Positions 24,267-35,164 of a stretch of 64,000 nucleotides of DNA are shown in pieces. The notes under the pieces were generated by a model that was given only the letters and a program-made list of their open reading frames with translations, searched no databases and had not been told where the DNA came from. A program made the position numbers and the translations under genes. Location of the stretch: positions 1,426,001 to 1,490,000 of the forward strand of contig JBNJNM010000011.1 in assembly GCA_052426225.1 (NCBI GenBank), given 5' to 3'. Position 1 is the first letter of the stretch. Every line of letters starts with the position of its first letter. Source of the stretch: Zancudomyces culisetae HAW-14-8 (taxonomy: Eukaryota > Fungi > Kickxellomycota).

Positions 24267-26075
24267 TTACAAAATATCTGCCGTCCTTGTGCTGGGATGT
24301 GGCCAATAATGCTTTTTTTGCGACCTTTGCACTGCCAAAAGTATTTTGAGAATAGAACAAGGCTTAAAACAAAATATTACTGTTTTTATTCTTTTTTTTA
24401 TAGCATTTCTAGGCCAAATCGATTTTTCTTAATGCACATACAACATAACCTTTGCCAGTGATCAAACAGTTAAAAATTTTGAGTTGAGTACAAATCTTAA
24501 ATCTTGAATCACCATCAATTTCTGCCACTCATAGGCTGCAAAAAGCGTGGAATTTTAAAACACCCTGAAGAAAATGCTGGTGAAAATTTTGTAAAATGTT
24601 CAAATAACAATGGTGATAGTACATATATGTTATCCCTTTCTAAAATCTGGTACACTTTGATATCATCTACATGTTGGTATGGCCGAGTGAGTTTAGGCTC
24701 TATGAAGGTTTTAATGAAAAGAAAATTTAAGATTTACACAAATTCCCACAAATTTCCACTTTTATTATGCGTGCGCTATTAATAGTAAATGTTTGGTGCT
24801 TATAGGCCTTTTCTTTGGCCATGCTTATAGGGCTCAATATTTCAATAAGATCAATGTACTTGTAGTAAAGGCTAGAAAAACCACAAATTATTTTTTTGAG
24901 TAAAACCCAGTAAAGCTGCCATAAAAATAATAATACGTTCAACGGATTTGCAAGAGTTTAGAGTAAATATAGCTCGGTTATACACACATATGGTTAGATT
25001 CAAATGAATAACTTATACAGATTAATGGTGTGGTGCGTATTGAAAATTAGTTATACCTGTAAACCCCCACTTCAATGCTACTGTTGCCCATACTTTTTCG
25101 TTTTTACTAAATAGTCAAAAAAAAACTGAAAACAAAAATGAAAACCTTAGTGGGGAATCTGGAACTGTATGTTGTACTCTGTGGTGCTCTAAATACAGTG
25201 ATTATTATACATTTTTAAAATTTTATGAATTTTCAAAGAAAATGTAGTATGGTCCTTTTTTAATTTTATTTGGATATATTAACATTTGCTCTAGATCCCC
25301 GTCTAGAGCTTTTTCAGTCTATCTCCATGGACAGGCGCAACATATTTTTAGCACAAAAGGCTATAGACAAACTTTACATTACCAAACATCACAGTAATAG
25401 TCTGGATTATTTGCGGGTTAGTAACTGTGGGAATCCCAATTAAAGATACAAATATGTGTGTACGACATTATATTAAACATCATACAAAAGTTAAAAAAAA
25501 GTGGGAGTTTTACTATGTTCTAGTACCCAAATACTAATTTGTGACATCCAATTGTAGGGGTTTGAAGTCCAAAAGGATTGACCTAAAAAAATTGGAACAC
25601 GGCTAATATACCGTTGTTAAGATGTACTGGTGAGTTCCACAAGTAATGCGTAGTGACAACCAATAAACAAACGCTCAAGTAGCTAGAAACATATCAAAGT
25701 GGATTTTCTGCAAAGCAAATATAAAAGTTAATTATTGAACTTTTGTCCAGACCAGTTTAATATGGAATTAATGCTCAGCAAAGAAAAAAAAATTTAGTGC
25801 AAACTTAAGAAATGAAATTTATAGAATGTTGTTTATCAGTTTATGCTTGAGGCATTAAACGTCGAGACCGTTTAATATAGCTAGAGGTGTTAGGACACAG
25901 CAAATAAATTTACTATTTGCGAACAACATATTTTTTACTGGGATTTAGGTGTATCTAGATCAAGATTTGCACATTTTCACTCTATTAATACCACCACTAC
26001 TCTGAGGGTAATATCATAAGTAAAAGTATGAGTAGTACCAATAACCACAATTGGGCTTGCAAAGCAGAGAATTGA

Positions 26076-26083
26076 TATATAAG
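26076..26083 (+). promoter_or_regulatory. Putative TATA box of the secreted Cys-rich protein gene
   Basis: ATATATAAG about 125 bp upstream of ATG 26203; weak evidence in AT-rich DNA. Confidence 0.3.
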
Positions 26084-26202
26084 TACACCAAGTTTGGATG
26101 CCATATCATTTTAACTTTATTTCCATAATTCATTTTGCAGAAAGCAATATATACACCAAGCAATAAGGAGGACTCTATTAAAGAACTTGAATATCAAACA
26201 AA

Positions 26203-26670
26203 ATGAAGCTCTTTGTTATAGCAGCAACTATAGCCTCTGTACTAGCACAAAAATCGCAGAATACATCATTAAATGGAGCACGTAATACTAAAAACGTAAT
26301 GGCAGCTGCTGGTGCCGACCCTGCCGCGGCACAAAACAAGGCTCTGGATTGTTTCAACAAAGACTGTGCTGGTAACCGCAAAAACTTTGCATGTATTGCA
26401 AAGTGTTATGGCGTTCCAAAACCAAAAATGAAGGTGAAGAGACTCTTGCGCAAGTGCTACAAGCACTGTGATAAGCAGAATCTTTCTGATGTTGACAAGA
26501 AGAAGTGTGTAGAAACATGTATTGATATCATTTTCAAGTCACCGCTGGCCAAAAAAGCAAATGCCCGTGCCAAGTCTGATGGAACTAGAGCTTATTCCGG
26601 TTCAATGAACAGCCTAACCAAGTTTGCTGCCGCCTCCTTTGTAGCAGCCCTGTTTACTGGTGTGATGTAG
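26203..26670 (+). CDS. Small secreted 8-Cys protein, probably GPI-anchored
   Basis: Signal peptide MKLFVIAATIASVLAQ; four CxxxC pairs; C-terminal small-residue site followed by hydrophobic tail FAAASFVAALFTGVM. Confidence 0.8.
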   Translation: MKLFVIAATIASVLAQKSQNTSLNGARNTKNVMAAAGADPAAAQNKALDCFNKDCAGNRKNFACIAKCYGVPKPKMKVKRLLRKCYKHCDKQNLSDVDKKKCVETCIDIIFKSPLAKKANARAKSDGTRAYSGSMNSLTKFAAASFVAALFTGVM

Positions 26671-29429
26671 GTTTTCTAGTTTTGTACTATTCGCCCATGC
26701 CAACCTTTGAATGTTAGATTTTATATATTGGATAGATTTCATCGAGTTTAAGTTTACTTTTGTTTTGATAGTTCGCTATAAGTTTTATCTATTTACAACA
26801 AAAAGACCTACTGTTATTAATAAATTTACGGTTTAGAAAGACCTCAGAAGAGAGTTACGTTCCCCTAACTTGGTTTGTAGTGCCACTCATTTTTCCAGTG
26901 TGAAACTTATACTAGGTATTGACGAGTATCAGGGATAAACAAGTTAGTTAATTAGGCGCAAACTTAGATGTATATTGAAAGGGGTGTTATGTTACCACTT
27001 AGAAAAGTTTGGTAAAAAAAAACAAAAGTGTTTTGTGCTCAGGAGAGGGGGAGAAATAAAGGAAAAAAGAAAGGGAGGAAATCAATGGGTAAGGTCTTTG
27101 CATAAATAGTATGCATAGATACGCGAGTACACCACCACTATTGCTTTACCTCAAAACAAAGTAAAAAAATATGATTGAGATATAGCAGTAAAGGATACAC
27201 AGGTCGACCATTGACTTTAAAAGATCAAAAAAACGGGCTAATCTATTTTGCAGTTTAAAGTTTATCCTAGTTGGTGTATGAAGATTCATATAACCGCATA
27301 TGTGTGTATTCTCTCCAGTAAGATTATTTTGCTGAAGGGCATGTGCTTATACATTCACTGATGTTTTTTTTTTGTATTAATTTTTGTTCTCAACCAACAA
27401 AGCGGCATTCACAAAAAAGAGTGAAACCGTAGTTACCTAAGACAAATTACAAATTGCTTAAGCTAAGTGTATATTCACATACACATGGTGTTTTCTTTAG
27501 TAATGACAGATATTCAAGTTCAAATCAAAAGCAAATCGAAAATATATGCAAATTATCATAAAGATAAATTTACAAGATAAAGTCTGTTTGTATGAATTAG
27601 GCAAGATAATATGAATATCAAACATCACTCCTTTTCTAGTAGAAAATGGTGCCATAGTGGAACGTATTTGCTTGTGCTAGTATTGTGGGTAGTTTTTTTA
27701 GGTAAACAAGGTACCCTGCTTGTCGTTATTATTTGCAGTTACAATTGATAAATAAATTGGGAGATAACTGGTAAACACTAAATATTGCATCCCATGTGAA
27801 AAGACAGCGAGAATGGCATGTATACGATTGAAATGGTATCTACAAGCTGAGAAATACGGGTAACAAGGCAGAGCTATTAGCTGGAATTTAAACTGTGCAA
27901 ACCCATAGCTCACCTTCACCAATGGTGCTAATATCGGAGAGGTATGGTACATTTTTTAACTTGTTTTCATATTCTCATGTTGCCAATATATATACACTAT
28001 TACATTGTATCCCAGTGTATTAGTAAAAGATATCAAGAGCAGATTTCGCAGATGAGATGTAGTGGCATTAAACATTTGCTTGAAATGGTTGCATCAACCA
28101 AGAGTTTGCTGAAAAGTCCGCAAAAACTACGATTGTGGATATTGAAAGCAATTGCAAGTTTTTAATTGGATGATGCTAAATATGACATATCATATTATAA
28201 ATTACAGTGATTCGTTTGGTTTCTTATTATTTCGACCAGTGTAGTTAGTGGCAAAGCTGCGCAAACTTTGGGAATGGGTGCTTATCGATGGGTTTGGATC
28301 ATAAATGGTCATTTTGGTGAGATCTAAAAGCAGCTTCTCTGAGCAATTGGTATTTGGCGGAAATCACAAATCAGGTGGTTTAAAACTGACAAAAGCGTTT
28401 AGCCTGCTTTCGGGCTAATTTAACCTTAGCGATATTAACATTATTGGTGGAAAAGTAGAAAAAAAATTGTTTTCCCTCTTAGAGATAGTAAAATAAACGA
28501 AAAGGGGAAAACGAAATGTAGAAAAACTGAAAACTACGAGAAAAGGTGGAAATGGTGAGTGGAGGATGTTACACAAAAGAGTGCAAAATATTGAGATGGT
28601 TGGTAGTACCTTTTTTGTAGCACTTTGCTCAGTTAACTAGGATCTTGAATACGCAAGTCAAGGTGGAAATGAACAATAACTGTAAAGTGACACTGAGGCG
28701 TAATGCTTATTTAAAATATACAGAATTTATGTAAAGCTAAACTGTGAATGGGCTAATGGTTCTGAAATACAACCGCAGTTTGCAAATCAAAATCACATTG
28801 GCTGGAGCAGAAAAAAAAACGGCGTCTGGGCTTACTAATATTTTTGATTTATCGAGGTCGAGTTGATAACTATGACAGCAGATTGTTTGCAAATACTTAT
28901 TTTTTATTTGCTACTAATGCGTAAATGATAAACAAACTCGTGATTAGCTTTGTTTACAAAAACCCACAAGCTCAAAAAGAAACGAACCCGCGCCAAAGGA
29001 CTTTTTTCTTCTTTGGCAGATGATGGTGGGAGGGAGGGGAGGGTCATTTTCTCGAGTCTTTTATTTTAATTTTTTAATTTTTTAATTTTTTAATATGCTT
29101 TATAATTTTTATATCTTTTTTGCTATTTGCTTTCTATTATTATACTTTTTATGTTTTTTATATATTTGGATTACAAATGTGTTCAATTCAACTATATTCA
29201 TTAATAACACTTTTAATATCTGTAATAAGCAAAAATTGCAATTACAAATTAGTCAAATTAAAAATTTGCGAAGCCGCTTTACCACAAACAGGGCAAATGG
29301 AAAATATTTTTGATTTTTCACATGTTGATTTAAAATCTGTCAAAAAGCCAATTACAACCATAAATAAAATACAAACACTAATAAATAATAATAAGCACTC
29401 ATTTCCTATTAATAAGCCAGGGAGGCCGA

Positions 29430-31670
29430 ATGTGTACAAGAATAGAAAAACTTAGGAGAAAAGCAGGAAATGGTAATATGAATAATACGCAAATAACTGA
29501 AAATACATCCTGGATGTTGACCAATACACAAAACGACAGGTGCGAGAGAAGAAAACGCAAGAATAGCATACCCGGAACTGGGAAATTTAAGCTTAATGTG
29601 GAATACCAACAGCCTAGAGTCGTAAAAAACGCCAATGTAGAAGGTGGGTTTGACCTCAATGGGGAGAATAACAGACGGAATGAGGTAAGAATCGAGTTTT
29701 CCGGAAAAATAAATCCAGATGACTTTGGACAAAAGCAAAGAAATACCGACAATCAATTAATAGACGAGTATGAATATGAATACGTGTTCATAAAAGAACT
29801 CACAAATGAGTCGCTGAAATTCGAAAGCTATGATAGAAAAATGAAAGTGAATACGGATTTATATACAAAACTAATCCTGGAATCGTTTCCGGATTTCGAA
29901 TTCAGATACTACGATCTCACGATTCCAATTCGCATTCCACAATTGCTTGAGAACATAAAAAGCAAGCAGTTATCGAGACAGATCATGTACTCGCTTGTGA
30001 TACTGAGCTCAAAGCTTGTTCCAAATTCTAGTACACTAAAGCTTATTGGAAAAAGAAAAGTCGAAAAAATCGCTAGCTGGCTGACAAATTATTTGGACAA
30101 CCATTATTCTGCTCAAAGACCGACGTACATCTGGAGCAGGATGGCGTTGAGTATATATTATCAAAGCAGCGGCCAAGGCTCAAAACTAATATCCAACGTC
30201 GAGATTGGACTTAGACAGGCAGTAATAATGGGTTTAAGCATGATAGATTCGGGAAATGGCAGAAACTTAAAGATGAATCAACATTCGCCCGTTTTTGTCG
30301 AATTTAAACGTAGGCTCTGGTGGGCAGTATTTCTTAGACATCAACCCGTTTTCAAACACCTTACAGAGGTATACTATGGGGATATACGGGACATGATGGT
30401 ACGATTTCCAATAAATGACTACGAATGGGCAAACGGAGTTAAATATCCATATACCAACAAGCCGGTTGTGGGAGGAAAAAAAATAATTAGGATGACCGAA
30501 AGTAGAGTAGTTTCTTTTGATTTGGCATCGCTAAAATGTAGAATAACAATCATACAGTCGCTGGTTCACTTTTTTTCGAATAGGCGGAAGATGTCTCTGA
30601 AAAAAAATCTGGCAGACGATTTTTCCAAACTTTACAAACTTTTAAATATGTTGAAAGATAATTCAGAGATTTTAACGAATTTCACAATTCTAAATTTGGA
30701 AAAATCATTATTATATGAGAATCTAAACCTTATGTTGGTAAATAAGGTTGAAATTCAAAAAATGATAATCAATCTCTGGCGGCTTCAGTTGATGATCAGA
30801 GAAACTTGTATAACACTGTATGTATCAGAAATATCAACTTTTGAAAGTTATATAATACAACCATGGAGAATTAAGATAGCAAAAGTCATGTGCATAGAAA
30901 ATGCGCTACAAATCGTCAAGCTTTATGAATGGGGTTTAGCAAACATACCTATAGAATATTGGGACGATGATATATTTACACCAACAGTAAAGGCCGGAAT
31001 AGCGCTTATAAATGCGATGTTTATCGCCGACCACTATAAACTAGAGGAAATTAGAAAGGGTGTTGCATTGTTACTGTATTTGCTGTCAGAAGGCGCAAAA
31101 CTGATACAGGTTCTCAAAATGGCCACGAATATATTGGATTACGTGCTCCGAGTTAAAACGTACTATTATAAAAAAAGTGTATCTACAGGTAGTAAAGTGC
31201 CCTCGGTGTTAATGGACATAGCAGTGACGCCTTATGACTTTTACCCCTGGTTTGTACCCGCCAAATCAACCTTTTTGTCACATTTCTGCTGTGCAGTTTC
31301 GATGCCACTAAATACAGTAAAAAAGCCGTCCTTGGTCTACTATACAGACTTGAATATAAGCGACTTGTTTCGAGCAGGCACAGAAACCTATTTTGAGCAT
31401 GCTTCGCGCATTATCCGTTTAGAATTTGAAAAATACATTGCTGAAAACGCTGACAAGGCGTCATCTACAGTAAATTCCAAAGTCGGTAACACTCATGGGT
31501 CTAGAAAGGGCTTATTTGATTTGAGTGAACCCCGCCAGCTGGTAAAGAACTTGCATTTCTACAACTCGATTGGTGTAAAGCCAAGATTTACAAACATGCT
31601 GGACCTCAAGGGCTTTATTTCTTCGTTTTTAGACTTGAACACAAAAAACGTCATGCTTTTAAATATTTGA
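29430..31670 (+). CDS. Fungal-specific transcription factor domain (Fungal_trans/middle homology region) protein without an intact Zn2Cys6 cluster
   Basis: 746-aa ORF with GLRQAVIMGLSMID...VEFKRRLWWAVF...VRFPINDYEW, the typical Fungal_trans signature, plus CIENALQIVKL. N-terminus uncertain. Confidence 0.75.
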   Translation: MCTRIEKLRRKAGNGNMNNTQITENTSWMLTNTQNDRCERRKRKNSIPGTGKFKLNVEYQQPRVVKNANVEGGFDLNGENNRRNEVRIEFSGKINPDDFGQKQRNTDNQLIDEYEYEYVFIKELTNESLKFESYDRKMKVNTDLYTKLILESFPDFEFRYYDLTIPIRIPQLLENIKSKQLSRQIMYSLVILSSKLVPNSSTLKLIGKRKVEKIASWLTNYLDNHYSAQRPTYIWSRMALSIYYQSSGQGSKLISNVEIGLRQAVIMGLSMIDSGNGRNLKMNQHSPVFVEFKRRLWWAVFLRHQPVFKHLTEVYYGDIRDMMVRFPINDYEWANGVKYPYTNKPVVGGKKIIRMTESRVVSFDLASLKCRITIIQSLVHFFSNRRKMSLKKNLADDFSKLYKLLNMLKDNSEILTNFTILNLEKSLLYENLNLMLVNKVEIQKMIINLWRLQLMIRETCITLYVSEISTFESYIIQPWRIKIAKVMCIENALQIVKLYEWGLANIPIEYWDDDIFTPTVKAGIALINAMFIADHYKLEEIRKGVALLLYLLSEGAKLIQVLKMATNILDYVLRVKTYYYKKSVSTGSKVPSVLMDIAVTPYDFYPWFVPAKSTFLSHFCCAVSMPLNTVKKPSLVYYTDLNISDLFRAGTETYFEHASRIIRLEFEKYIAENADKASSTVNSKVGNTHGSRKGLFDLSEPRQLVKNLHFYNSIGVKPRFTNMLDLKGFISSFLDLNTKNVMLLNI

Positions 31671-31754
31671 GAACATAACCTTTCTGTTTATCTCGGATGG
31701 ATGTCTCTTTCACAATCATACAACACCATACCAACTTTGTACTTTCTATGCATT

Positions 31755-31786
31755 CGATTTCGACTTCGACTTCGATTTCGATTTCG
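31755..31786 (+). repeat. (TCGAYT)n hexamer microsatellite
   Basis: tcgatttcgacttcgacttcgatttcgatttcg. Confidence 0.8.
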
Positions 31787-32008
31787 TTTTTTTTTTAATG
31801 TTTAATTAAAACCATTACAAAATAAACAGGCTTGTGTTTTCAACTTGTCTTGATTTTTGGGGCATGGTGACATTATAGACATTATTTATTTTTTTCTAAG
31901 CATTTACTGATAGATCAGCATTAAAAAAAGTCTGTTCAAATAATAAAGAATACTTTAAATAAAAAGATTAATTGGTTTGAATATAACAGGATGCAAATAC
32001 TTTTAAAC

Positions 32009-34419
32009 TTATATTCGATTTTCGTTTTTTCTAAATGCGATGCATCTGGTAAACCCATTATAATCTTCCCACATCTTAACCGTATCCCAGTCATTATATA
32101 TACTTTTTACAATGTTAGACATTCCCTTTCCAACCTCGAAGATCAGCACACCATTGGTGTTTAAAAGGCTGGATTCAGAGTCTGCGAAGGTTTTCTGTAA
32201 ACTGTCCCTAATACTCTTGTAACACGAGTAACCACCATCTTCAGCATACAGCGAAATCGATGGCTCATGCTTGATCGAACCAGTTATAAAGCTATTCTTT
32301 TTGTGCTTGGATAAGTAGGGCGGGTTGCAAACAATAATGTCAAAGGGACCCAATGTCTTTAACACTTCGTTTTCGTGTAGTCGAGTAAAATCTCCCACTT
32401 CAAGCTGCACCCTGTGAGCAAGACCAAGTTTATTTACATTTTCTGCTGCAACAGACAAAGCATCATTGCATATTTCAAGTCCAGTACCACATGTATCCAT
32501 AGCAGAGGTCTTGGATAGGATTGAGAGTAATATACATCCATTTCCCGTCCCCAAGTCTAGAATCTTTTTCCCACCCATCTTAACAGTACCTGAAATATCA
32601 TTTATCGCCGTATCTCCGGTACATTCGAGCCCACACTGGGGCAAAAGCTCAAGCGCAGCATAAACAAGCGTTTCGGTGCTTTTTCTTGGAATCAGCGTAT
32701 CCTTAGTAACAACAAATTCAATGTCACAGAATTTCTATTTATGTAATAGATAGTATTTATACCAACCAAGTTATTTAAATATAATTAACCCAATTTTAAA
32801 ACGTTTCAGCATAAAAGGCAAAAGAATCTCCCTCTTCCCCCCCCATCTTCTAAAAAAGAGAAAGTTGTTTGCTTTACCTTCAAGTTAATTTTGTATTCAT
32901 ATGGAAGTTCGTTGACGGGGTCAATCCCCTCATAGGAACTATGAGACCTGTCGAGTTGATCGGATCTGTCACGTTCGGATAGCTGCGCCAGTTCGTTCTG
33001 AGCCTTTTCAACCTTGATATCAAAAAACTTTTTTTCTTTATCAATCAGCGAAAAGAATTTTGAGGGTATTTCATAACATACTGTCGTTTCGGGTTGAGAT
33101 GAATTAATGAGATTTTTAATCCTAATCTCACAAAGAGTCATATAAACACCTTTGCCCTTACTGTTGTTGAGCTCCTTAGTGTATTTTGCCGTTGAACCTA
33201 CCACAGGGTGTCCAAGCTCGAGCATAATTCTTCTAACTAATAAACCTGCAGCATATGATTTCTTTACAAGCACTTTTGCCAGAGTAAGATGGCCAGCATT
33301 AGCACTTTTGCTGACACTCTCCACCGTCACCTCCAGATTGTCGAGACAATCTGGCATTTGACCAGTTGTGACAATCCAATCTTCTAAACTATTATCGAGC
33401 TTGCCAGAAAAACCTGCCTTTGTTTTTTCGGAGCTTTCTGGAGTTGCGCCCTCCCTTGTGTCTTCTAGAATAGCATCAGTGGATACATTTTCATGAAGTT
33501 GTACATGGTTTTTCACCAAAGACGTGATAGTATTCTTCGCCTTAAGTCTCTCTATGGGATTCTGTATCTTACTCAGATCTCCAACACATATTGCCTTATA
33601 TATCAGCTCAACACTTCCATCCAAAATCGAATTCTCGATCCATTTTGTATAGATCCTACCACATACTATCAATACCTACATTGTTCATTACTGCAGTTTT
33701 AATACACCTGCTATTAATTTTTTTTCTCTTTCAATTGTTAAAAAACCTTAAAGATGGAATCGAATTATCCATATTTCAAGTAAAGTATTATATCCGCTAT
33801 ATCGGAAAGGTAAGTTAAATGAAATAGTTAGCTATCTTACCAATCCATTAGTTGCTTTTTCCAGCTGATTTACAACTACAAATCCATATTCAACGTTTTT
33901 AGCCCTCTCACTTAGCGAGTTTTTCACAAAATCTTGTTGTACTTTACTTGAAGATTCATGAAGTGCCACGCTAAAATTGTCAGGCAAAGATATGGCTTTA
34001 GATTCGCTTTCTGAATCTTCAGATAGCAGCGAGGCATAGCATTGTATATCTGTAATTGAAACGCCTGCGGACTTCCATAATATGATTAGCTGATTTTTTT
34101 CTTGGGTCTTACAGGTGGCTCCCGAAGTTAGCATGGGTGAATTATTCCAAAAGATATTGCTCGTCCAAACAGTTTTTATTCCAAGAGTCTTCAACTTTCG
34201 GTTCAAAATACACCTAGTATCTATAGCAACTTCAACATCATCTCCGTTCTTCAGAATAGTTGAATTTAATTCATGTTTGCCATTCAATTTGACCCGGTTT
34301 TGTTTGAATGAGTCAAATACGTCTGCCCTAGTCGGAAGTGAATCTCTAAAGTTTTTTAAAACAAACTGTAGTAGTGTTATACCTCCTGCATCACTTACTG
34401 CTTTGTGCTCTGACCTCAT
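32009..34419 (-). CDS. Fusion protein: S4-like domain + degenerate RluA pseudouridine-synthase domain + PrmC/HemK methyltransferase, 3 exons, 700 aa
   Basis: Exons 34419-33841, 33675-32878, 32734-32009, both introns phase 0 with GTAAG/GTAAA..TAG. S4: PTRADVFDSFKQNRVKLNG..ILKNGDDV. RluA-like: WKSAGV, VVNQLEKATNGL|VLIV, LIYKAICVG, LGHPVVG, KGVYMTL. PrmC: LPYEYKINLK|KFCDIEFVVTKDTLIPRKSTETLV, ILDLGTGNGCI, DIIVCNPPY, HEPSISLYAEDGG, LIFEVG. Confidence 0.85.
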
Positions 34420-35164
34420 CCTTAAAAAGAACTGATCCTTTTTATAGTTCTTTCAAGCTAGTGAATTTGTTGTGTAAACTTGATTGTAACCCCACATTTC
34501 AGAAACTTGAAAAAAAAAGAGTAACAATTTTTTTCCAAATTGATCTTTAAAACCCAATCATAAGGCTGTAGTCTTCGGCGAATAAGCAAAAGGTTTCAGT
34601 ATGTTGAAATATAAATAGTGATTAACCAAGTTACATTAACAGAAATGTGTATTTGCCCAGCACATCATATCTGTTTGCTTTATATTTTACCACGTTTACC
34701 AACTTTGCTTCAGTATATTTCTTACTTTATGGGATGGTCCTTTGTCTTGCCTTTGTTTTTCCACTAGTTTCCTTCACGTAAATGTAAAAGTTTTACTTTA
34801 GTATACGAGTTGGTACTGTTATTTCCTTTTTTACTTGAATTCAGCCTTGGTTAAAAGCAAAAAAAAAAAAATAATATAATTTTCATATGCATAGCAAAGC
34901 AGCATAGGAATTGAAACTCGAACATATTTTTTTTTGAAAAAAAAAAAGTGTCAAAGCTGAAACGTCAAGCTGAGCAAATAAAATAAATATCATGAACTAC
35001 AATCCTTCATGGTCCTCCATTTTTCCATATCTCTGGTATAACCACAATAGTATAATATTTTTTCTTATCATAAACACTGAGAAAAGTAAAAAGTAAAAAG
35101 TAAAAATACAGTGCAAATATACTGTCCAAGGCTTTATCACACGTCAATTTGTAGGTTGGCAATA

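Noticed and set aside
25289-25310. Perfect 8-bp hairpin gctctaga...tctagagc (and a similar one near 28400-28420)
   Set aside because: Isolated short inverted repeats expected by chance; no larger structure or target-site duplication.
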